Shown here piece after piece: positions 53,701 to 64,000 of a DNA stretch of 64,000 bases. Where the stretch lies: NCBI RefSeq assembly GCF_006345805.1, contig NC_043007.1, forward strand, positions 8,308,001 to 8,372,000, in the 5' to 3' direction. The notes below the pieces were generated by a model. That model was not told where the DNA came from. It searched no databases and saw only the letters and a list, made by a program, of their open reading frames with translations. Positions within the stretch are counted from its first letter, which is position 1. Each line of letters opens with the position of its first letter. This DNA comes from Octopus sinensis. Its lineage: Eukaryota. The position numbers and the translations under genes are program-made.

Positions 53701-54229
53701 TATACAATGTGTCCTTCCTGTTGAGGGAGATTTAACTGCTGTTTCTAGGAAGTCAAGTGACCACACAGAAGAGCCTTCATCAAACACATTTCAGCTGGGA
53801 CTATACAATTTACTTCAGTACTAAATTTCTTTATGGTCCATTTTCAGACTGCTACCCAAAATATTACAAACCACTTAAAGTCAAAGAAGTATTTTCACCC
53901 TTCAGCATTTAGATTACTCTCAAATGCAATATTTTATTTACAACCCATGCTAGCATGGAAAACGGATGCTAAATGATGATGATTGTTTTAGAATAATCCT
54001 GCATTCTCTTGTAGCTTTGAGATTTTGATGATGTGATTATTTATATTTAAAACAATATTGTAGGGTAGGTGTGAGAGGCTGGATCTGGCTGGGTTGGACA
54101 TAAAACAGGTTGACTATTTGGACCAGATATGGTTCAGTTTAAATGCTAAGGGGTTGATATACAGCAAGTCTTTATGGTGTAACAATTTCTGAAAGAAAAA
54201 CCCTGTATAAGAATGAACAAAATACATAC

Positions 54230-54383
54230 GTTTCACCGATGACACTGCGCAGACCGAGAGGGGAACCAATGATAATATCAGAGGAGTAGAATTTGGTGTA
54301 AATCTGCAGTTTTTTTTGAGATATGCCTAAACCAATTTTGAAATGATCATCAATATTTCCTGCAAATGTTGCCACATAATCTT
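54230..54383 (-). CDS. UTP25: UTP25 exon ([20 protein letters not shown]...[20 protein letters not shown])
   Basis: GNIDDHF and [15 protein letters not shown] motifs; phases 1/2. Confidence 0.95.
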
Positions 54384-54958
54384 CTGAAAAAACAAAACCT
54401 CAAATATATTATGTAAGGCTAAGGCATAGCCATGCGGGTAAGAAGCTTACTTTGCAATCATGAGGTTTTAGGGTTCGATCCTGTTGCACAGCACCAGGCT
54501 GTGAAGATTCTCTTGTGAGTAAATTTGGTAGATGGACTGTGTGTGCATGTCCCCTCATACCACTCACCAGCCAGTGTTAGTTTGTTTGCATCCATGTCAA
54601 TTGTTTAGCTAAAGTAAGTAGTGGGGTCTATTTGTCAAACTAAACCCTTTGAGACGGTGCCCAAGCATGGGCACAGACTGAGACGAGTAAGAGATAAAAG
54701 ATATAATAAAAAAAACTGTACATGCTGGCATCATAATAAAGGAATGACACACTGAATAATATAGACATTCTTAACAAGATAAGATGGTCACAGCTGGAAT
54801 GTCTTTGACGACAGCTCTGCTTAGCTGAGGCTGAACTGGGGGCTAAACAACAAACACTTTCTTTATAAAAAGAATCTTAACAGATACTGAACAATAAGGA
54901 AACCTTTATCTCAAAGCAGCAGAAAACAATAATGGTAAAAGGATAATGGAACACTAAC

Positions 54959-55034
54959 CTGGTTTATTAGAAAAGTTATTAACATCTTGTGAAGAATATT
55001 CGGAAAAAAATCTCTTTTTATTGTCCGTTTGTGA
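54959..55034 (-). CDS. UTP25: UTP25 exon (SQTDNKKRFFSEYSSQDVNNFSNKP)
   Basis: NKKRF..EY and KPE motifs; phases 0/1. Confidence 0.88.
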
Positions 55035-56589
55035 CTGAAAAGGAGAAGAGAGATAACTTTAATCAACAGCTTTTGGATTTTCGCTTTTGCTTTTGTGGCT
55101 GTGTGGTTGAGAACCTTGTTTTCCAGCCATGAGGTCCCAGGTTCAGTCTTACTGACCAAAGCCTTTTGAGTGGATTTGGTAGATGGAAACTGAAAGCCTG
55201 CAACATGTGTGTGTCATCATCATCATCATCGTTTAACGTCCGTTTTCCGCGCTAGCATGGGTTAGACCGGGGTCTGGGAAGCCAGGGGCTGCACCAGGCT
55301 CCAGTCTGATCAGGCAGTGTTTCTACAGCTGGATGCCCTTCCTAATGCCAACCACTCCCAAGTGTAGTGGGTGCTTTTTACGTGCCAGGGGAGTCTGGCA
55401 GCGGCCACGATCGGTTGGTGCTTTTAACGTGCTACCGGCACGGAAGCCAGTCAAGGCGGTGCTGGTATCGGCCACGTTCGGATGGTGCTTTTTATGTGCC
55501 ACCGGCACAGGTATCACAACTACTATTTCCATTGATATTTATTTCGATGTTCATGTACTTGACTCAATAGGTCTCCTCAAGCACAGTGGGATGTTCTGGA
55601 ATCCAAGGTACTTTGAATGGGCAGGGGCTATGCGGAACTGGTGCAGGAAGCAGCCCGTGTATGAACAGGTGACATTAAATGATGGATGTAAACAAGCATC
55701 ACCATCACACATGTGAAAACAATTCCAAATCTGGGGAAACTTTATGTTGCTTGGAAACAGGAAGAGCAGCATCTGGCTGTAAAAAACTCTGCTTGACCAA
55801 TGCAAACAGGGAAAAGTGGACATTAAACGAAGAGGATTCAGAAGATTTGGGAGTGAGTGGGGATTAAACAACCAAGGGATTCAGGAGCCATAGGGTCAAC
55901 TCCACCGCAGATGTTTTGCTTTCTAAACAGAGCAGAAAACATAATTTTGTACAGGTTTAGGTAATCTGAAAATAAGGAAGAGAATCTTGAGGAATTCTGT
56001 TCTGGGTTTGTTTCTGCTGTGTCACAATTCTTCCTCAATCTTCTTTTATCCGCTTAGGCCAATCTGTGTGGTTTGAAGCAAAAGTGACTGGCACCTAGGG
56101 GTTTCCTCTCAGAGACTTTGCCGCCACCCCAGTACCTTCCGTTTTGTCACAGTGACCAGTGGATATTTTACCGTATTGTTTCAGGCAGTTGGTGATCCAA
56201 TAAGTTATTGGAACTGAAGACCCTGCCCAGAACACCAGTCTCATTAATAGCATGAGTTTCATATTGACGGCATCTATTCACACCCGGATTTCTCTGTTGG
56301 TAAAGAACTTATCATTCCACTGACTGTTGAGAATGGCACGGGGGCAAAATGCTGGCAGAAGTGTTCAATAAGATTTAAGTGGTAACAGTGGGTAACCCTA
56401 ACCCTAAGTCCTGCACAGGAGAGGGATTTTGTATAACCTGCCAAATGTACATATCATCATCATTAACACCCGCTTTCCATGCTAGCATGGGTTGGACTGT
56501 TTAACCGAGAACTGCACCAGGCTCCAATCTAATCTGACAAAGTTTCTACAGCTGGATGCCCTTCCTAATGCCAACCACTCCGAGAGTGT

Positions 56590-56930
56590 AGTGGGTCTTT
56601 TTACATGTCACCAGCACGAGGGCAGGTCAGGCAGTACTAGCACTGACCATGCTTGAATGGTGCTTTTTACGTACCAACAGCTTGGGACCCAACCAGGTGA
56701 CACTGGCAACGACCACACTTGAGTGGTGTTTTTTACGTACCACTGGCATGGGGCCAGTCAGCCAGCCAGCACTAGTATCGACCATGCTCAGATGGTGCTT
56801 TTTGCGTGCCACCAGCATGGAAGCCAGTCAGGTGGCACTGGCAACGATTAAGCTCAAATGGTGCCTTTTATGTACCACCGGCACGGAACCAATCAGGCAG
56901 CACTGGCATCAACCACGCCCGAATGGTGCT
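56590..56930. repeat. Diverged about 65-bp minisatellite (about 5 units) attached to an RTE-tail repeat
   Basis: Recurrent GTGCTTTTTACGTGCCACCGGCACGG...CACTGGCAACGACCACGCTCGAATG-like units; fewer units at 18520-18640 and 55380-55510. Confidence 0.8.
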
Positions 56931-57351
56931 TATGCTATGCAAAGGAAGCCCCTTACAATAGTTGTTCTGTCCTGAGACGTGGCAACATCAAAGAAGTCCA
57001 GGAGGGCCCTTTAGTTTTGCCAAAGACATGACAAGCTTATAAAAAAAAAAAAAGCAAGAGCATGATGAACCCCATCACCAAATGCCTGGGCAGAACTCAA
57101 AGCATGCCAGCATCAAAAACACAGGTAAAATGAAAATGATGAAGGTCGTCCAGCTGTAGAAACACTGCCAGATCAGATTGGGGCCTGGTGCAGCCTCCTG
57201 GCTTCCCAGACCCCAGTCAAACTATCCAACCCATGCCAGCATGGAAAACGGACGTTAAACGTTGACGTAACAATGAAATTGATTTTTAAAGCTTTAAAAA
57301 GACAAAAACAAGTCATGATCCCAAATGCTGACCAAAAAACAGGGAACTTAC

Positions 57352-57529
57352 TTTGTCACTTGTTAAGATTTTGATGAAGTTTGATACAATTCGGCGAGCT
57401 GTCTCACGAAACGGAACAATAATCAATACTTTGGGCCGAGTTATTCCTTGGTCAGGGTATTCCTCTGTTCCATCCCGACATGCAGCAGCTTTTTGTTTTA
57501 AATTATTAGCTGTTACTTTTAGCCGACTC
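57352..57529 (-). CDS. UTP25: UTP25 exon (KSRLKVTANN...EYPDQGITRPKVLIIVPFRETARRIVSNFIKILTSDK)
   Basis: DQGxTRPKVLIxVPFR hallmark motif; phases 2/0. Confidence 0.95.
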
Positions 57530-59192
57530 CTATCAGGGAATGAAATTAATAACAATAATAATAATAATAATGAAGATGACAAGAATGATGAATTAATTTG
57601 ACATAATACAAGACTTGGGGTACTTTTGATAGCAAACTTCACATGCATAGGGGTAGTCAGAGATCCCCTTCAGTCATGAATGACCATGGGATTGCACCTA
57701 GAAAGTTACCCTCCGAGGCACAAGTCCGAGCAAGGTTGTTTATGGAAGACCAGCAGTCACCCATGCATACCAGCCTCCCATCTCCACACCACTGATGCTA
57801 CCCAAGGGAAAGGCAAAGGGGCCGATACAACTTGGCATCAGTGATGTTGCAACTCATTTCTACAGCTGAGTGAACTGGAGCAACGTGAAATAAAGTGTCT
57901 TGCTCAAGAACACAACACGCAGACACTGAGCCATGCGCCTTCACACAGAGGTAGTAAATACTAAGATATGACGTAAAACTGATCCACTCAAATGTCTAGA
58001 AGGCTCCCTCGAAGTAATCGATAGATTTTGTTACATAGGTCACCTAATTAGATGTGTGGATGTGGATGTGTTCAGAAAGTATTTTAGCACCAGAATGGGC
58101 TGGAAAACGTTTAGAGAGCTTATTTCTTCTGCCAGTAATAAACGGTTTCTCTCTGAATGAAAGGTAGAATGTATGAAGGCTGTTTAACAAACTGCGATGT
58201 TCTATTGGAGGCTCATGAAGACTGTTGACAAGTGAAGCAAGCAGGCCCTGTTGGATGGGTAATGCTAACACAAGTCATCACCATCATCATTGTTTAATGT
58301 GTGGCTTCCATGTTGGCATGGGATGCATGGTTCCATGTTACCATGGGATGCAGGTTTACCAGGATCTGACAAACCAGAGAACTGCATCATGCTCCAATGT
58401 CTGCTTTAGCATGGTTTCCATTCCTAACACCAACCATTTTACAGAATGTACTGAGGGGGCATTTTACATAGCACCAGCAGGGCCATCAAGTAATTCTCGA
58501 GACAAAGACCTTTCAGGGTGGGGGGGAGGTGCAGTATTGAGGGAAGTGGCTTCACCAGGTGTTGAGAGATACACGAAATACATATATATATATATGTATG
58601 TGGCTGTGCGGTATGTAGCTTGCTCACTAACCACATGGTTCTGGGTTCAGTCCCACTGTGTGGCACCTTGGATGTCTTCTACAATAGCCTCAGACCAACC
58701 AAAGCCTTGTGAGCGGATTTGGCAGATGGAAACTGAAAGAAGCCTGTCATATATATACACGTGATCCTTTCAGTTGAAGAGCAAAGGCTTGAAAAATAAA
58801 AGACTTTCTCACGTTCCCGAGCATTAAACTAATACACCTGTCTTCGCCTTCTGTTTCATTCTGTAAATTTCAATTATATATATATATATATCTCATCATC
58901 ATCATCATATTATATATACATATATATGTATATGTATGTGTGTGTGTTTGTCCCCATCATCATCGCCTGACAACCGATGTTAGTGTGCTTATGTCCCCGT
59001 CATTTAGCAGTTCGGCAAAAGAGACTGACAAAATAAGTTCTAGGCTTACAAAGAAGAAGTCCTGCAGTTGATTTGTTTGACAAAAGGCAGTGCTCCAGTC
59101 TGGCCACAGTCAAATGACAAACACATAAAAGAATATACATTAATTTCTAGACACTGATGTATAGAATGAAAGATTTTGTATTAAATACTTAC

Positions 59193-59278
59193 TTCAAAGT
59201 ATGGTTCAAAACGTGAAGACAGTAGGCCATTTCAATAGGTTTTTGGTTTTTATAAGTTTTCTCTGAGTAATAAATATC
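59193..59278 (-). CDS. UTP25: UTP25 exon (DIYYSEKTYKNQKPIEMAYCLHVLNHTLK)
   Basis: YCLHxxNHxLK motif; phases 0/2. Confidence 0.92.
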
Positions 59279-60041
59279 CTAAGAAAAAGAAATTAGAAAA
59301 ACGAGTTAACGTTCTGAAAATATAAACATAACGAAGAACAAATAAGAAAAAAGCCAGGGAGGGGAAATTTTATGAGGTCACAGTCTGCCAAAAAGACAAA
59401 ACAAAAACATCTATTAAATCTCTATTGTAATTAAAAAATGAAGGACACACATTGGCTAACGTAGTCTTACAGGATTGGTCGAGAATGCAAACCAATAAAA
59501 CGTACTAATTAAGGACATAGTGCTGCCACTACATAGAACCGTAAACTGTGCCAATGAGAGCACCAGCAGGTCTTCATTCAAGCTGCTAGAAATAACAGCC
59601 AAAACCTAAAGGGTATCTTCATTCCATTTGTTTTTAAAAAAGCAGAAGTTAGAAACTGATTTATTGGTTTGGAAATGTCAACAAATACCATTGTCTGAAG
59701 CACAGAATGTAAACAAATACACACAACAGGCTTTGTACAGTTTCCAACCACCAAATTCCTTCTCAAAGTATTGGTTCTCGTGAGACTATAAAAGAAAATG
59801 CTAGCTCAAGGTGTCGAGCATTGGAGACTAAACTTGAAATCAGAGAGTTGCACAGCCATGCTTGTATCTATCTATCTATCTATCTATATGTATATCTTTA
59901 TGCATGCACACACACACACCACACACACACACACACACACCACACACACACATTAGCTTACTGTAATGCTATCTTTTCATCAACTCATCAGCTTGATTAA
60001 TGTAAATGAATATAAAAACTAAGGCAACATTAAAAACTTAC

Positions 60042-60094
60042 TTGATAAGAATACATTCTGAGAAATAATTCAACTTGACTTGCAGAATAGACAC
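60042..60094 (-). CDS. UTP25: UTP25 exon (GVYSASQVELFLRMYSYQ)
   Basis: QxELFxxMxSY motif; phases 1/0. Confidence 0.85.
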
Positions 60095-60811
60095 CTTGTG
60101 GGGGGAAAAAAACAAAGAAGAACAATTTGTGGAGATTTCGAGTTAGCTGATAAAAATAATAAAGAAGCTTTTCAAGAACACAGAAAATAGATAAACTTTG
60201 GAAATGGAATTTCACCAAGTAAAGGAATCTAACAATTGCAATATTGACTAATTTTTGTTGGATGTTTATTGATAACCCTTCAACATGCAGATTACTAAAT
60301 CATGTTTAATAGTTATTTATCCACATTGTTCTTTAATTAATCATGTATTATGATGTAGCTTTGAGATTTTGACGATGTGGTCATATAATTTTTCAACAAC
60401 ATTGTGGAGTAGGTGTGAGAGGTTGGATAAGACTGCTAAAGGGTTAAGGGAAGCATGCGCTATACGGTTTGACAAAATTCTTCTAAGTACTGAAGTTTGT
60501 TAGGTGGGTGGGCTGTGAAGTAAAGGGAAAAGACACAGAGTTACAATGAGAGAGGAAATAACCAAATCTCCCTCAAACCATCATACTCTTCTATCTTTAA
60601 AACAAAAAAAACAAATATCTGATAATGCAGTCCTAAATGTATGAAGAGATGAAATGGTCAGATATGGAATACTTAGGACCATAAGGACTCAATCACTGAC
60701 CTTTGCCTAAACAATAATTATTGTCTTTACCTTCACATCAAGATACTATATATATACATATCTACATTTGTATACAAGATATTGAACTATTAAGAGACAT
60801 GTAAAAATTAC

Positions 60812-60869
60812 CTTTTTCATCATCAGTGACCAAAGACTTTAGATTTTCAATAGGAATGCGCTTCTTTAT
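60812..60869 (-). CDS. UTP25: UTP25 exon (IKKRIPIENLKSLVTDDEK)
   Basis: tttcAG acceptor and GTAATT donor. Phases 0/1 bridge exons 62347 and 60094; variable region, so supported mainly by splicing. Confidence 0.7.
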
Positions 60870-62346
60870 CTGAAATGATACATGTTCACTACGTAGAGAT
60901 TATATCTTGAGAAAGAACCGTCGCACGTGCGTGTGCATACCATGTCAAAGCAGACAGCAGAGCTTGGTGAAGTCTTCCGAGTTGCCAGTTCCTGTAGAAC
61001 CATCCAACCAACACCACAAATGAAAATGGAGGTTAAATGATGAGGCGTTTGTAATTCCCCCACTTTGGATGTTTCTACACAATGACTCTTTGGTGATGTT
61101 TGCATGGATTCTTCTAACATGAACGCATGCCTGCGATTCTTGACTTGTTGCTGATTTTTGTAACCAAAGAGACCATTCCTACAGAATCATCTGTTTCCAG
61201 TTCTAGGCACATAAAACTCTGGCTGTCTGCTGTTCAATAGACTCAAAGATTATTGACTGACTCGTTGGAAACAAGATAGATTTAGCAACAGAAAGGGATT
61301 GCAGCTTAACAAACTCTGTTCCAAATGACCCATGACCCAAGCATGGTGAAGTAGATGTTAAAGCAACAATGACGAAACAGCCAGACAATTAGGTGTCCAA
61401 GTGCGACCAATGCTCCGTTTCCAGGGAAAGTAAATAATTATTTCATACACGTTTCTGTTAGTTTTATTTTGCTTTATAAGTTTGATGGATATCCATTTGC
61501 AGCAGTGTGCACCACACAAACAAGGTGCAAGAATAAATAAAAAACAACAACACAAAGACAAAGTTAAAAAAACAAACAAAAGAGTATATTAGGCTTCTCA
61601 TCATTTAACACTCACTTTTTCATACTTGCCAGAGTCAGATGAGGATCATTTAAGGCAGATTTTCCACAGCCAGATGCTCTTCCAGCCACCAACCTCCACT
61701 AGTATTCAACCAAGGTAGTATTCTCCAACACATTTGCACAGAATATTGGATATGACTGTCACTGCTTGTATAACAACGAAATCCTGTAACATCTATCATG
61801 CGATGCCAAGACAAAGAGATACAAAAGCACATATCACACACACGATTGGCTTCTTTCAGTTTCCATTTACCAAATCCACTCACAAGGCTTTGGCCAGCCC
61901 AGGTCTATAGTTGAAAATACTTGCCCAAATTGCCAGGCAGCAGGACTGAATCTGGAATCATGTGGTCGGGAAGCAAGCTTCTTATCACACAGCCAGGCCC
62001 GTGCCTCCTCATCTCGGCATCATGAACCAGTATTGTAAAAGTGGCATCATTGGTTTCCAGAGTTCCATGAAAACATGTCCAGTTCTGAGGAAATATTAGT
62101 TTGCTTGGAAACAAGCCAACTGAGGGTCGGTAGCAGTAAAGGAATCTGACTATAAAAATCCTACCTCAATGAATTCCGCTTGATTCGCATGAGCTTGGAA
62201 AATGGACATCAAGACAATGACGATGAACCAGCATTAGTTTAGACTTCAAATATATGTTTAGGCTCAAACAACAACAACAACAATAAACAAACCAAAACTG
62301 CATTGTTTAAAAAAAAAAAAAGGAATTAATGTGTGATAACACTTAC

Positions 62347-62439
62347 ATGTAGATCATCAAACGATACTTTGGAAGGTTTTGGGACATTAGCCTTTAAATT
62401 ATCACAATTCCAAACATGTAAACATTTCCCTATGTCAGT
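62347..62439 (-). CDS. UTP25: UTP25 exon (TDIGKCLHVWNCDNLKANVPKPSKVSFDDLH); upstream exons not identified
   Basis: tttcAG and GTAAGT boundaries, open frame, phase 0, resembles the region before LH-I/L-K in UTP25. Confidence 0.7.
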
Positions 62440-62689
62440 CTGAAATAGTTAAGAAACAATAATACAAAATTCCACAAGGAGAAACAGAAATATTTACAGC
62501 ATTACATAAATTATTTTTCACCATATCTTTACATTTACCATTCCCAACAAGATTCCACAAATTCATATACGTCCATAAATAGAGAGACAGACAGACAAGT
62601 GATGCATCATGGGTAATGATTTTGATGTACTTGTGTATATTATCATGATTGTAAAATATGTCCTTTAAGTTTTAAGAAACTCTTAGCTC

Positions 62690-62904
62690 CTTTGGTATGA
62701 ACCTGTTTGAGACTGCCCTTGGTTTAATGATATAAATTTCCTATTACACAGTAATTTTAATTAAAATTCCCATCAATACGTTGTGTGAAGTTAGGTTTCA
62801 AACACCAGGTTAATAAATAGTAAAATTATTCTACTGAATTCAATATTTTCAAAATTAACAAAAGTACTGTATTTCGACAGAAATATGGAAACAAAAGGGT
62901 TAAA
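62690..62904. mobile_element. piggyBac-type MITE remnant
   Basis: Ends CAGAAATATGGAAACAAAAGGG-TTAA, matching 47085-47108 and 17130-17153. Confidence 0.6.
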
Positions 62905-64000
62905 GAGTGGTTGGCACTTAACTCTGGTTTCACAGCACCAAACAGGTAAGAGACGAATCTCTTCTGAACAGGATACCAATCTGTCCAGTCTATGATACAA
63001 GTCACATCATCATTTAGCATCTACTTTTCCATGTTTGCATTGTCCAGAAAGAATTTGTTGAGGCAAAGTTTTCTATGGCCAGAAACCCTTCCTATTGTCA
63101 ACCCTCACCGGTTTTCAAGCAAGTAAAGTTTGCGAGTTTGGATATGTTGAGATGATTTTATCATGGCACCAGTACTAGAGCCATGTCTTTGACTATACTA
63201 CTTCCTCTCTTGACTCTGTTAGTTCAAGGTTGTGAGACGAAGAGGAGATGGCAGCGAGAAGAGAGAGTGATGTCAGCTGGACCAAGATGTGTGCACACAC
63301 GTGCACAGTTAAAAAAAAATTGCTTTTGATGAACTTTTTTTTTTCTTTTCGTGTGAGTGGTTAAATATGTTTTTTGCAGAATATTGGAAATGAATGACAC
63401 ATGTATGACAGTGATAAATATTATCCTGCTTGGAAACAGGAAGGACATCCATCTGTAGAAAATCTGCCTCAGCAAGTTCCACTTGACCCATGCAACCTTT
63501 TAAAAGTGGATATTAAAATGATGATGATGATGATGCTGTGAGGAGAAACAGTCTAATAGTTCACATAGAAACCTTCTCAGATAGAAACTATGTAGTTTGC
63601 AGTTTTCAGTTCCGTTCCTTTATTCTATAAGCCCAGATTCTGTTGAAGTTGCTTTTCGTGTCCTTTAATTTTTCGTTTTGCTATGGTTCAATCAGTGGAG
63701 AAAGGGGAGTGTCCATGCGATTTTTGAAAGGTCTCCAAGACAGGTGGGGAGGTCTAATTTGATTTCCTAAAATGGTGGGAAACTCCATTCAGGGCACTAA
63801 AAAGCCAGATAGCAGTGTTAAATTAAGTGATGATTAAATCTATACCACTGACAAATATCTGATAGGTTCTCACACATTTTCTGATAACCAAATTCCATTC
63901 CAAGGGCTTGAGTTGACTTCGGATTATGGTAGAAGCCATTTTACCCAAAGCACTGCACTGTGAGAACCCAGATCTCTTTTATTAAAAACAAACTTCTTTC

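Noticed and set aside
55838-56070. ORF 55838-56038 as a UTP25 exon
   Set aside because: Exons 57352 and 55034 join in phase with continuous homology without it, and it has no UTP25 motifs.
56590-56930. CRISPR-like array
   Set aside because: Eukaryotic context, entire units are homologous (no unique spacers), and no cas genes.
58044-58271. ORF as a UTP25 exon
   Set aside because: Exons 59193 and 57529 join directly in phase 2.
63540-63700. Possible upstream UTP25 exon
   Set aside because: No convincing donor/acceptor pair or recognisable UTP25 sequence.

Overview
AT-rich, repeat-dense animal genomic DNA, probably an octopus: the repeat landscape and microsatellite load fit, but this is inferred and not proven. 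Four protein-coding genes were reconstructed by hand from splice sites and reading-frame phase. (1) An Angel-family (CCR4/nocturnin EEP) gene on the minus strand, running off the left edge. (2) A single-coding-exon CDPF1 gene head-to-head with it. (3) A complete 4-exon NPC2/ML-domain gene (149 aa). (4) Fifteen phase-consistent exons of UTP25/DIEXF on the minus strand, with the 5' part beyond or unresolved at the right edge. Introns hold a near-full-length decayed RTE LINE, a mariner with a nested solo LTR, a maT/DD37D-like element, piggyBac derivatives, several SINE families, fold-back palindromes, a tRNA-Lys pseudogene and large microsatellites. The most unusual observations are a palindromic tRNA-headed repeat carrying a minimal hammerhead-ribozyme fold, a 28-bp duplication of a UTP25 splice acceptor paired with tandem donors, and candidate alternative N-terminal exons of Angel that overlap the CDPF1 5' end. 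No CRISPR or prokaryotic system is present.
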